From Halorutilales archaeon Cl-col2-1 (GTDB taxonomy: Archaea; Halobacteriota; Halobacteria; Halobacteriales; Afararchaeaceae): a stretch of 64,000 nucleotides of DNA. A program made the position numbers and the translations under genes. This document shows positions 9,306-18,729 of this stretch, piece after piece. Where the stretch lies: positions 1,856,001-1,920,000 of the forward strand of contig CP169074.1 in the NCBI GenBank assembly GCA_041891055.1, written 5' to 3'. How positions within the stretch are numbered: position 1 is the stretch's first letter; the number at the start of each line of letters is the position of its first letter. The notes under the pieces were generated by a model. It ran no database searches and was not told where the DNA came from. It saw only the letters and a program-made list of their open reading frames with translations.

Positions 9306-10901
9306 TCACCTTGACCTAAAAACCTGGGGTAATACGGAGTCCTCGGGGTCGATGTTCCGTGTCACGAAGAACGACCCGACGAAGACGACTCCCGCTCCAG
9401 CGAGGACGAGAGGCAGAGAAGCCGCGCCGATACTCACTCCGTAGACTCCCACGACGACCTCATACACCGCAACGAAGACCACGGTCGAGACTGCCATCGG
9501 CTCTAAGAGTGGTCTCTTGAACGAGTGGGCGTCTGTGAGGTAGTAGAGGACGACAACGCGTGCGACATTACGGATAACGAGTGCGGCGGCGGTCGCGACT
9601 GCCGCCCCCGTGAGACCGTAGACAGGTATTAGGTAGACGTTGAGTCCGAGGTTGACGAAGAACGCGCCCAGGTTCGCCCACATCACGACACGAGTCCTGC
9701 CTATCGCGGTGAGTGTCGCGCCGTTGGGTCCCATAACGTTTCCGAGGAAGAAAGCGACCGAGAGTATCTGTAACGCCGTCGCGGCGCGCGTGTACTCCGC
9801 GCCGAAGACTCCTCCGAGGACGGCCTCGGGAAAGAGGACGAAGACGACTATCAGGGGATACGTCGCCGACGCGAACCACTTCGTGAGGACGAAGTAGACA
9901 CGTCTCATCGCGTCGTTCCTTCCTTCAGCGTGGAACTCCGAGACTAAGGGGGTGTACATGAAGATCATAGACCCCCAGACAACGGGGACTACACGGACGA
10001 GAGGACGGACTGCGTCGTACATACCTACTTCCTCCGACGTCGTGAAGTATCCTATCATGAGTATGTCCATCCACGTCATCACCTCCATGAGTATAGCCGA
10101 AAACATCAGAGGAACTGAGAAGTAGACGAGTTCCCTCGGGGTCCCGAAGTCACGGAGCCTCTCGGAGACACGGTCGTGGAAACTTCCGGGGTTGAACCTG
10201 ACTGTGTAGACGAGGTAGACCGCCGCGGTCACACCGAGTGATACCGGGTACGCGCCCACCCCCGCGACGTACGACAGTCCTAAGGCAGACACACCGCCCA
10301 CGAGAAGCGGGAAGCCCGCGTTCCGGAGTATCTCATGGAAGACGACGCGCTCCCTCGTGCGTGAGAATCCCCGGAAGACCGCAGTTGAGACACGTATCAG
10401 TGCGAAGAAAGGGACGCCGAGACAGACGACACCCACTGCGAGGGAGTGATCCGAGGAGCCGACGAGTGTCTCGGCGAGGAATCCCGACGACGCGAAGAGT
10501 ATGACCCCGACGAGGCTTCCCGAGACTGACGTAAGTAGAAGTGCCCAGAGTATCACGGTTCCGACGTCGCCCCCTTCTGCGTCGGAGTCCGAGCCGTAGT
10601 AGGCTATCTGTCTCGTGACACCGTTCCGGAAGCCGAGTGACGAGACGACCCCGAATATTGAGACAAGCGTGAAGCCGACGGAGAAGACGCCGTACTCCGA
10701 CGGTGTGAAGCTACGTGTGAAGACTCCTCTTCCTCCTATACGCAGACCTATTCCGACGAGCGTAGCTACGACGACAGCAGTCGCTCCTCTCAGAACACGT
10801 CTGAGTGAGTCCTCGACGTCGGTATCGACATCACCGTCCCCGTCCGTCTCCGAGTCGCCACCGTGTTCGTGGTCGCGACTCCTCGTCGTGTCTTCCGACA
10901 A
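9306..10901 (-). CDS. Oligosaccharide flippase (Wzx/RfbX, MOP superfamily)
   Basis: About 14 TM; PSEYGVFS, FSVPLM...DILMIGYF...VGMY, LNVYLIPVYGLTGAAVAT. Confidence 0.88.
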   Translation of the reverse strand: MSEDTTRSRDHEHGGDSETDGDGDVDTDVEDSLRRVLRGATAVVVATLVGIGLRIGGRGVFTRSFTPSEYGVFSVGFTLVSIFGVVSSLGFRNGVTRQIAYYGSDSDAEGGDVGTVILWALLLTSVSGSLVGVILFASSGFLAETLVGSSDHSLAVGVVCLGVPFFALIRVSTAVFRGFSRTRERVVFHEILRNAGFPLLVGGVSALGLSYVAGVGAYPVSLGVTAAVYLVYTVRFNPGSFHDRVSERLRDFGTPRELVYFSVPLMFSAILMEVMTWMDILMIGYFTTSEEVGMYDAVRPLVRVVPVVWGSMIFMYTPLVSEFHAEGRNDAMRRVYFVLTKWFASATYPLIVVFVLFPEAVLGGVFGAEYTRAATALQILSVAFFLGNVMGPNGATLTAIGRTRVVMWANLGAFFVNLGLNVYLIPVYGLTGAAVATAAALVIRNVARVVVLYYLTDAHSFKRPLLEPMAVSTVVFVAVYEVVVGVYGVSIGAASLPLVLAGAGVVFVGSFFVTRNIDPEDSVLPQVFRSR

Positions 10902-10933
10902 GATTACTCAGGATAGACGGCTGTGAGCTGTCT

Positions 10934-11134
10934 TTACTTCCGCGTGAGGTTTACCGCACGTGGACCTTTCTCTGCTTCCTCTATCTCGAACTCGACCTCC
11001 TCGCCCTCCTCTAGGTCGGGACCGCCGACGTCCTCCATGTGGAAGAAGACGTCCTCGCCTTCGTCAGTCGCGTCAGTCTCTATGAAACCGTAACCGCCAG
11101 TGTCGTTGAAGAAGTTAACCGTACCTTCTACCAT
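10934..11134 (-). CDS. cspA: Cold-shock protein
   Basis: GTVNFFNDTGGYGFI (RNP1), DVFFH (RNP2), KGPRAVNL. Confidence 0.95.
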   Translation of the reverse strand: MVEGTVNFFNDTGGYGFIETDATDEGEDVFFHMEDVGGPDLEEGEEVEFEIEEAEKGPRAVNLTRK

Positions 11135-11200
11135 TGCATCTCGTATGTGGAGACAGGGGGATATAAGTCTTCCGTGGGTCGAAGTATCATGCGGGTGGCG

Positions 11201-12727
11201 TCACACGAAGCCGTCGACTCTCCTGCCCTCGCGCGAGAGACGTATGTACTCCGACTGCATCCTCCGTATCGCCTCGTCTAGGCTGAGACCGTCTTCGAGA
11301 GCCTCACGCACAGTGTCCTTCTTCCAGACACTCGGTGTCATTTTCTTCTCCCATCTGCGTCTCAGTGGCATGAGGTACTCCTCGACGGTCTCCTCCTCAA
11401 CACCTTCCGAGACGAGTCCCCTCTCGGCGTACTCGAAGACCTCGTCGTAGATGACTTCCTTGTCGCGGGTCTCGTTGCCGTCCTCGTCTATCCATCCTAT
11501 GTTGGCGTCGAGACCTTCTTCGACGACCGAGTAGAAGTCGTCCCTCGTCTTCTCCCAGTCCAGACGTGAGACGGGATGGTCTCCCCGTACGAGACCTATT
11601 ATCAGACCCGATACGACTGCCTGTACTCCCACGATCTCCTCGACGGTCGGCTGTGTGGGAACGGGACGGTACTCTATACGTACCGACTTCTCGTCGTTGT
11701 TCTCGTCGACGTAGTCTCCTCCTATCACGGCACGGAGCCATCTCCAGTAGGTTCCACGTCTGTAATCGAACTCCCAGAACGAGTCGGTGTACTCCTCGTC
11801 GGAGCCATCGCCGTCCTCGAACCACTCCTTCAGAACGGGAGCGTAGAGACAGTCTTCTGTGACCCTGTCGACGACGTCGTCTGGTGTGTCTATGTCACGC
11901 GGAACCCTGACCTTCTTGTCGCCGTACTCGTCTCCGGGATTAACCGACTGCTCGAATATAGGAATCCTAAGCTCGTGAGGCGTCTCGTCGACGAATGACT
12001 CGGGGTCGTCGACGTCGTTGTAGAGGTCGGGCGGTAGGAAGGGTGAGTTAGTGGTGAGCGCGAGCACGGCGGGCATCGTCCGTATCGCAGTGTTGTAGTA
12101 CGGCGCGAGTTCGTCGACATCGGGTATCTGGAGATGGGGCTGTAACGACGTCGCGAGCGACTCGTAGAGTATAGTCTCGAAGTCGTGGCTAGCCCCAGGG
12201 ACGTCGAGTGACGCCTTCCCCGACTTAGCGAGGTAGTAGTTGTCTATGGCGTGGTAACGAGGGTCGACGCGCATGTTTCTTGCGTAGACATAGCTCCCTC
12301 TCTCGTCTACATCGTCGAGGTACTTCTTACTGCCTTCGTCTGGCGGAAGAGTCCAGACCGAATCGAGCACCAGGTCGGTGTCGGAAGCCGTACGTGCCTC
12401 CTCTAAGACGTGTCTCACCTCGTCCTCCTGTCTCCTCAGACCCTCGTCGCTCAGGACGACGGGTGACGAGTTGATCTCGGCGTTGTGGAGTCCCAACTCC
12501 TTAGAGACCGACTCGACCTCGAAGACTTCCTCGGGGACTCTCACGAGACTTCCGTCGTCCTCGACGCCGTAGACCTCGATTTCGAGACCCACGGTGAAGT
12601 CGGAGCTGTCGAGACTTCCGGTCTGGATCTCGTCCTTGAGGAACTCTGCCTGAGACCCGACACGTCTCTCGAACTTCGAGACAGTTGAATCATCGAATGC
12701 CCTTCTTATGATCTCGTCGTCTTCCAT
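11201..12727 (-). CDS. Glutamate--cysteine ligase (GCS2)-like protein
   Basis: VGLEIE, ELGLHNAEIN, SLQPHLQ, LTTNSPF, RIPIFEQ, GTYWRW, RIEYRPVPTQPT. Confidence 0.7.
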   Translation of the reverse strand: MEDDEIIRRAFDDSTVSKFERRVGSQAEFLKDEIQTGSLDSSDFTVGLEIEVYGVEDDGSLVRVPEEVFEVESVSKELGLHNAEINSSPVVLSDEGLRRQEDEVRHVLEEARTASDTDLVLDSVWTLPPDEGSKKYLDDVDERGSYVYARNMRVDPRYHAIDNYYLAKSGKASLDVPGASHDFETILYESLATSLQPHLQIPDVDELAPYYNTAIRTMPAVLALTTNSPFLPPDLYNDVDDPESFVDETPHELRIPIFEQSVNPGDEYGDKKVRVPRDIDTPDDVVDRVTEDCLYAPVLKEWFEDGDGSDEEYTDSFWEFDYRRGTYWRWLRAVIGGDYVDENNDEKSVRIEYRPVPTQPTVEEIVGVQAVVSGLIIGLVRGDHPVSRLDWEKTRDDFYSVVEEGLDANIGWIDEDGNETRDKEVIYDEVFEYAERGLVSEGVEEETVEEYLMPLRRRWEKKMTPSVWKKDTVREALEDGLSLDEAIRRMQSEYIRLSREGRRVDGFV

Positions 12728-12808
12728 TAAAACTGAGTTGGCTCACGCCGACTTTAGGGTTACGTGTGAGACGGAAAGACTTTCGTCAAGCGCGCGTCTA
12801 CCTCGACT

Positions 12809-13732
12809 ATGGCTCAGATCGAAGGAAAGAAGGTACTCGTCACGGGTGGAGCCGGATTCATAGGCAGCAACCTGGCTAACCATCTCTCCGAGTCGAACCA
12901 AGTCGTGGCTCTCGATGATCTCTATCTCGGAACTCCCGAGAACCTCGATGACGGTGTCGAGTTCGTCGATAAGTCGGCGGTCGACTCCGACATCCCCGTC
13001 GAAAACGTCGATGTAGTCTTCCATCTCGCAGCACTCTCTTCTCTCAATATGCACGAGGAAGAGCCGATGAAGGGAGCGAGAGTCAACGTCGAGGGATTCG
13101 TCAACGTCGTAGAACAGGCTAGGAAGGCGGGTGTCGACGACGTCGTCTACGCGAGCACGAGTAGCATATACGGATCACGTACCGATCCGTCGAGCGAGGA
13201 CGAGAGGGTTGAGGCGAGAACCAACTACGAGGCGTCTAAGTTAGCGCGTGAACGTTACGCCGAGTCTTACTCGAACCGTTACGGGATGTCGCTCGCTGGA
13301 ATGCGTTTCTTCTCGGTCTACCAGGGATACGGCGGCGCGGAGTCACACAAGGACGAGTACGCCAACGTCATCGCACAGTTCGCCGACGACATAGCCCACG
13401 ATGAGTCTCCGGTTCTTTACGGCGACGGGACACAGACACGTGACTTCACACACGTCAACGACGTCGTGAGAGCGTGTCAACTCGCCGTCGGAGCCGACGA
13501 TATCTACAACGTCGGCACGGGCGAAGCCTACTCGTTCAACACGGTCGTCGATATGATAAACCAAGAGCTCGGGAAGGACGTTGATCCCGAGTACATAGAG
13601 AACCCGATTCCCGAGGACGTCTACGTCCACGACACGTGCGCTGACAACACTAAGATCAAGGAGGATCTCGGCTGGGAACCACGCATAGACTTCGACGAGG
13701 GGATCGAGAGGGTGTGTGAGGTATATAACTGA
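12809..13732 (+). CDS. NAD-dependent sugar epimerase/dehydratase
   Basis: VTGGAGFIG, HLAA, YEASK (YxxxK), GDGTQTRDFTHV. Confidence 0.93.
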   Translation: MAQIEGKKVLVTGGAGFIGSNLANHLSESNQVVALDDLYLGTPENLDDGVEFVDKSAVDSDIPVENVDVVFHLAALSSLNMHEEEPMKGARVNVEGFVNVVEQARKAGVDDVVYASTSSIYGSRTDPSSEDERVEARTNYEASKLARERYAESYSNRYGMSLAGMRFFSVYQGYGGAESHKDEYANVIAQFADDIAHDESPVLYGDGTQTRDFTHVNDVVRACQLAVGADDIYNVGTGEAYSFNTVVDMINQELGKDVDPEYIENPIPEDVYVHDTCADNTKIKEDLGWEPRIDFDEGIERVCEVYN

Positions 13733-13748
13733 AACTGAGGACAATCCA

Positions 13749-14201
13749 ATGACTCAGGAGTTCACTCACGACGTCGACCGCGACGAAGTACTCGGTTTCT
13801 GGGACGAGAAGTTCGGCGTCACGAAAGAAGTCTTCGAGGGATACGACCTCTACATGAAGGGAGAGTCGAAGGTCTGGATAACATCGGCGGAGACTCTCGA
13901 CGATCTCGAGTACGAGTCGGTCGGACTCCCGTTTCTGCGCGTCAACCAGGAACATCCGAAGCCCACTACCGACGCGTTACAGGTGTTCGGAGAGTACGCC
14001 ACTAAGAATACAGTCGATCTCGACGCCGACGACGCGAGACGGTTCGTCAAGGGCGAGACAGTCGAGAAGGAGTTCGACGTCGACAGCCTCGGCTACGTTG
14101 TCGTGAAATACGACGACGAGGTTCTCGGCTGTGGTCTCTACTTCCCCGGCGAACTCAGGAGCCAGATGCCGAAGGGAAGACGTGTGAGCCTGGCTATTTA
14201 G
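13749..14201 (+). CDS. NIP7/RsmF-C-terminal (PUA-like) RNA-binding protein
   Basis: GLPFLR...KPTTDALQVFG...ATKNTVDL...F..GE...GYVVV...LGCG; ATG at 13749. Confidence 0.7.
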   Translation: MTQEFTHDVDRDEVLGFWDEKFGVTKEVFEGYDLYMKGESKVWITSAETLDDLEYESVGLPFLRVNQEHPKPTTDALQVFGEYATKNTVDLDADDARRFVKGETVEKEFDVDSLGYVVVKYDDEVLGCGLYFPGELRSQMPKGRRVSLAI

Positions 14202-14575
14202 TCGATTGAGGCGACTGCCTCTATCTCGACGTCGAATCCCTTTGGAATATTACCCGCCTCGACTGCGCTTCTCGCTGGAGGCTCTTCGTCGAAGTAGCCC
14301 GAGTAGATGTCGTTCATCTCGCTAAAGTCGTCTATGTCGTCGAGGAACACCGTGACCTTGACGACGTCTTCGAGACTCGCTCCCGCTTCTTCGAGTACAG
14401 CCTGAATGTTGTCGAGGCACTGCCGAGTCTGTTCTCCGACGTCGCCGTCGACGGCTTCACCGTCGGGTGTCAGGGGTATCTGTCCTGCTGTGAAGACGAA
14501 TCCGTTCGCAACGGTCGCCTGTGAGTAGGCTCCTACTGCCTCAGGCGCGTCGTCGGTAGAGACTATATCCTTCAT
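14198..14575 (-). CDS. ridA: RidA (YjgF/YER057c/UK114) enamine deaminase
   Basis: AVGAYSQA, TAGQIP, VVKVTVFL, PPARSAV, VEIEAVA. Confidence 0.95.
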   Translation of the reverse strand: MKDIVSTDDAPEAVGAYSQATVANGFVFTAGQIPLTPDGEAVDGDVGEQTRQCLDNIQAVLEEAGASLEDVVKVTVFLDDIDDFSEMNDIYSGYFDEEPPARSAVEAGNIPKGFDVEIEAVASID

Positions 14576-14611
14576 GTCCCAGAGTAGACGAGGAAAGACA
14601 AGAATCTGTCG

Positions 14612-15820
14612 TCACGTCGTGACATTCACGTCGTAGCCCTCTCTTTCGAGGCTTCTGACTATCCTGTTGGCGTGTTCCCTGCTTCTCGTCTCTAACTCGA
14701 ACTCGACCTCCGCGGCGTTGAGAGCGACGTCCTTCGCCGTCCTGTCATGGTGTATCGCGTATATGTTGGCGTTCATGTTGGAGATACGGCTGGCTATGTC
14801 GACGAGTGCGCCCGGTTTGTCGTCGAGTACCGTTGTGAACTTGAGATACCGTCCCTCGTTGACGAGACCCCTGTTTATGACCTGGGACAGAGTGTTGCCG
14901 TCTATGTTTCCGCCGCTGAGGACACAGACGACCTTCTCGTCACCCGTCTCGACTTTCGGGCTCAGAGCCGCGGCGACGGTAGCCGCGCCCGCACCCTCGA
15001 CTACGGTCTTGTCACGCTCCAGAAGAAGAAGTATTGCGTTGGCTATCTCGTCGTCGGAGACCGTCACGACCTCGTCGACGTTCTCCTGTATCACCTCGAA
15101 GGTCGACTCCGCAATCGACCTCGTGGCTATCCCGTCGGCTATAGTTGAGACGCCCTCCCTCTCATATATCTCTCCCTTCTCTAAGCTCTGTCGGACGCTC
15201 GCCGCTCCCTCCGCCTGAACACCTATCACGCGCGTGTCGGGGCTCCTCGCCTTTACTGCGGTCGAGATTCCCGAGATCAGACCTCCGCCTCCTATCGAGA
15301 CTATCACCGTATCGGCATCGGGGAGGTCGTCGAGTATCTCTAGTCCTATAGTGCCCTGACCTGCCTGTATATACGTGTCGTCGAAGGGATGGACGAATGT
15401 TCCGCCGTCGTTCCTCTGTATCTCCCTCGCCTTCTCGTACGCCTCGGAGTAATCGACCCCAGAGAGGACGACTGTCGCGCCGTACTCACGCGTCGCCTGT
15501 ACCTTTGAGATAGGAGCGTCCTCGGGCATCACTATGGTCGACTCTATCCCCGCCTCTGTTGCGGCGAGAGCGACGCCCTGTGCGTGGTTTCCTGCGCTCG
15601 CGGCTATGACCCCCTTAGCGCGTTCTTCTTCGCTGAGGTTCTGTATCCTGTTGTAGGCGCCGCGTATCTTGAACGCACCCGTCCTCTGGCGGTTCTCGTA
15701 CTTAAAGTACACTTCGGAGTCGGTGATGTCGCTGAAGGTTCGAGATGAGTTGAGAGGAGTGTGGCGCGCGACCCCTTCGAGCTCTTCGCGCGCATCTTCT
15801 ATGTCGTCTATGTCTATCAT
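14612..15820 (-). CDS. ilvA: Threonine ammonia-lyase with C-terminal ACT domain
   Basis: QRTGAFKIRGA (PLP lysine), SAGNHAQG, GGGGLISG, SGGN, DKPGAL. Confidence 0.95.
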   Translation of the reverse strand: MIDIDDIEDAREELEGVARHTPLNSSRTFSDITDSEVYFKYENRQRTGAFKIRGAYNRIQNLSEEERAKGVIAASAGNHAQGVALAATEAGIESTIVMPEDAPISKVQATREYGATVVLSGVDYSEAYEKAREIQRNDGGTFVHPFDDTYIQAGQGTIGLEILDDLPDADTVIVSIGGGGLISGISTAVKARSPDTRVIGVQAEGAASVRQSLEKGEIYEREGVSTIADGIATRSIAESTFEVIQENVDEVVTVSDDEIANAILLLLERDKTVVEGAGAATVAAALSPKVETGDEKVVCVLSGGNIDGNTLSQVINRGLVNEGRYLKFTTVLDDKPGALVDIASRISNMNANIYAIHHDRTAKDVALNAAEVEFELETRSREHANRIVRSLEREGYDVNVTT

Positions 15821-15904
15821 ACTTACTTGAGGCTCTGTAAGGCTTTTATTGGTGACGGTTGGGCTTCCGATACAGTAAAGTCGTCGTTTCGTGTTTCTTT
15901 AAAC

Positions 15905-16807
15905 ATGACAGTAGACTCTGTCTCCGGATGTGACGGTATCTATATAGTCGACTTCAAGATGCTCGGACACGATGACCACGGCGCAGTCTATATCGTCGAC
16001 GACGAAGAGACTGCTATAGTTGACACCGGAATGTCGCCCGGGGTCGACCATATCTACGACGCACTCGATGAAGTCGAAATCGAGAAGAACAACGTAGACT
16101 ACATCATACCGACACACGTCCATCTCGACCACGGTGGCGGCACGGGATTCTTAGCCGACGAGTGTGAGAACGCCGAGGTCGTCGCCCACGAGAACGCAGT
16201 ACCCTACCTCTCCGACTCCGACAAGATAGAAAAGCTCGTCACGAGTGTCAAACGTGCCGTCGGAGATATGGCTGACGGCTACGGTACCGCGAAGCCAGTC
16301 GACAGGGACAGGATAAGAGCCGTCGACGACGGTGACGTGGTCGATCTCGGCGGACGCCAACTCGAAGTCCTACATGCTCCGGGACACGCGCCCCACCAGA
16401 TCTGTCTCTTCGACACCCACGACGAAGCGATCTTCACCGCCGACGAGGCGGGTATGAACATAGCCGGCGAGCTTAAGCCTACGACTCCACCCCCTAACTT
16501 CGACCTCGAAAAGAACCTCGACAGCTTAGAGCGGTTCAAGGATCTAGATCCCGAGGTTCTCCTCTACGGACATTACGGCGCGAGACACGACGCAGTCGAG
16601 TCTTTAGAAGAGTACTCTGAGATTCTGAGGGACTGGGTCGACGAGGTCGAGGAAGTACGCGAGAACTACGAGACCGACGACGAGGTCGTCGACCATTTCG
16701 TCGAGTCCGACCATCTCTACTACGACGTCTGGGACGAGGAGTCGGCGTCTGAGACGATAAGGATGGACGTCGAGGGGGTTCTTCTCTACCTAGACAGGCA
16801 GGACTGA
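15905..16807 (+). CDS. MBL-fold metallo-hydrolase
   Basis: THVHLDHGGG, PGHAPH, FTAD, LYGH; ATG at 15905. Confidence 0.9.
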   Translation: MTVDSVSGCDGIYIVDFKMLGHDDHGAVYIVDDEETAIVDTGMSPGVDHIYDALDEVEIEKNNVDYIIPTHVHLDHGGGTGFLADECENAEVVAHENAVPYLSDSDKIEKLVTSVKRAVGDMADGYGTAKPVDRDRIRAVDDGDVVDLGGRQLEVLHAPGHAPHQICLFDTHDEAIFTADEAGMNIAGELKPTTPPPNFDLEKNLDSLERFKDLDPEVLLYGHYGARHDAVESLEEYSEILRDWVDEVEEVRENYETDDEVVDHFVESDHLYYDVWDEESASETIRMDVEGVLLYLDRQD

Positions 16808-16828
16808 ACGGCGACAGGGATCGCAGCC

Positions 16829-17839
16829 TCAGATTCTCTGCTGTAGCTCGGGGTCTACGTTCCCGTTTCCGAACTCGTACTCGTCGTCTGTCTCCGACTC
16901 CTCCTTCGCTCTCTCGACGTACGGCTCGAATACCTTCTTGAAGCTGACTTCGAGGAACATTCTCTCGTCGGTGGGTCGCAGGACGTTGCCCGTCTCTGTC
17001 TCCTTGTGGACGACGTACTTGTGTACGTTGACCCTACCGGCGTGGCGGAGATCGTCCTTCTCGGAGGTAATCTCGAAGAGCATCCTCCCGTCTCCGTTGT
17101 ACTTCATCTTGACGTCGACGTGTCCCGTGTAGATACGGATGGGAGTTGGAGGACGGTAACGTGAGAAGTACATCTCCTCACCGCGTTTGGCTCCGACCTC
17201 GCGGAAGCCGAGACCCGCGAGTGCCGAGTTACACAGTCTCTCGAAGTAGTCGGCTTCGGGGTTACCCGCACCCGCGGCGGAGGTCGCTGCCTCCGTTGGC
17301 GTCTCCGGGGCTGAGTCGGAAGCTGAGTCCGTGACTGAGACCGTCTCGGCAGCTCCGGAGTCTGTCTTCATGTCCATATCCGGGCTTGGTTCTGTCTGTG
17401 CCCCGCCCGATTCCTCCGTCTCGGAGCCGAAGCTGAAGTCGGGGTCATCTTCCTGACCCGTGTCGTCGTACTCCTGCTTTATCTCATCGAAGCTCTTGCC
17501 GGGCTGTGTAGCCTCCTCTATATCCTTATCCGGCTTAGAGACCGAGGATGTGGAAGAAGTAGCCTCGCTCTCCATATCCGGCTCCGTGTCGTCTGACTCG
17601 TCGAAATCAAAGCTATCGTCCGCGTCTTCCATACCCATTTCGTCCGACTCGTCGAATCCGAAGTCGTCGGATCCTGAGTCGTCGAACTCCATCTCGTCCG
17701 AGTCGCCCGTCTCCATCTCCTCGGAGGCTTCATCGTCGGAACTCGGAGTCTCGTCGGGATCCTCGGACTCCCAGTCGTCCTCCCATTCACCCCCGTTCTC
17801 CTCGTACTCCTCCTTTAGCTCCTTGAAGCTCTTGTCCAT
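16829..17839 (-). CDS. Hypothetical protein with a long acidic disordered N-terminus and a folded C-terminal domain
   Basis: Long ORF with host codon usage filling the gap between genes; repeated KSFxE[LI]KxEY motif. Confidence 0.7.
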   Translation of the reverse strand: MDKSFKELKEEYEENGGEWEDDWESEDPDETPSSDDEASEEMETGDSDEMEFDDSGSDDFGFDESDEMGMEDADDSFDFDESDDTEPDMESEATSSTSSVSKPDKDIEEATQPGKSFDEIKQEYDDTGQEDDPDFSFGSETEESGGAQTEPSPDMDMKTDSGAAETVSVTDSASDSAPETPTEAATSAAGAGNPEADYFERLCNSALAGLGFREVGAKRGEEMYFSRYRPPTPIRIYTGHVDVKMKYNGDGRMLFEITSEKDDLRHAGRVNVHKYVVHKETETGNVLRPTDERMFLEVSFKKVFEPYVERAKEESETDDEYEFGNGNVDPELQQRI

Positions 17840-17889
17840 CTTGTCTCGGTCTCTCTACGGCTCTTCCTAAATTAACTTTTGGGGCTACG

Positions 17890-18660
17890 TTAACCCGTGG
17901 CGTTGTAGACGACGTCGACGTTCGCGGTTACGGTCACGGGACCCGACTCTAACGTAGTGCTCGCACCTCCTGCGTCGCCGCCCGACTGAAGCATCATGCT
18001 TTCTCTAGGAATGAATCTAGACTCCGACGTTCTCACCGAATGCACGCCTGTAATGGAGATCTCGCCTGCGTCTGCTAACGTCTCAGCCTGGGACTGCGCG
18101 TTCTCCATAGCCTCTGTCAGAGCCTCGTTTCTGACAGTTCTCCTCGTTGAGTCCGATAACGTGTACCTCGCTCCGTCGATGTCGGTCGCGCCGTTGTCGA
18201 CGGCTGTGTCTATGACCTCGCCGACTGCGTCGAGGTCGGACATCTCTATCTCGAAGCCGTGTCTAGCGTAGTACTCCGTCTCGGGCTCGTCAGTCTTCTC
18301 CCGAGGTGGGACTACGCGCGGTGTTCTCTCGTCTATCCGGTAGTCAGTCGTACGTATCTGGTCGTCTTCTATTCCTATCTCCCTCAGAGCCTCCCTCATA
18401 CTCGTGACGTTCTCGGCGAGTCTGTCACGCGCGGTCTGTGAGTCGTCCGCCCTGGCGACAGATGAGACTCTAAGTACCGCCTTGTCGGGCTGCGCGTCTA
18501 CCTCACCCGTTGCCGAGACTGAGACTGTCTTACCCGAACTAGGCTGTGTCTGTGCCGACGCTTTAGTCGAACTCTGGTTCACCACGAGTGCCCCCGAGAC
18601 GAGGAGAGCACTCACCAACACGACCCCTGCTAAGTATCTGTAGCTTCGTGACTGTGACAT
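17890..18660 (-). CDS. SIMPL (DUF541) domain secreted protein
   Basis: Signal peptide; VSVSATGEVDAQPDKA, IRTTDY, VIDTAVDNGA, AMENAQSQAETLA, GPVTVTANVDVVY. Confidence 0.9.
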   Translation of the reverse strand: MSQSRSYRYLAGVVLVSALLVSGALVVNQSSTKASAQTQPSSGKTVSVSATGEVDAQPDKAVLRVSSVARADDSQTARDRLAENVTSMREALREIGIEDDQIRTTDYRIDERTPRVVPPREKTDEPETEYYARHGFEIEMSDLDAVGEVIDTAVDNGATDIDGARYTLSDSTRRTVRNEALTEAMENAQSQAETLADAGEISITGVHSVRTSESRFIPRESMMLQSGGDAGGASTTLESGPVTVTANVDVVYNATG

Positions 18661-18729
18661 ACAGATCTACATCACGCCACGAACCTATATACCTGACCTA
18701 GGCTAAAACAGACGTTTGACTCTTATACT

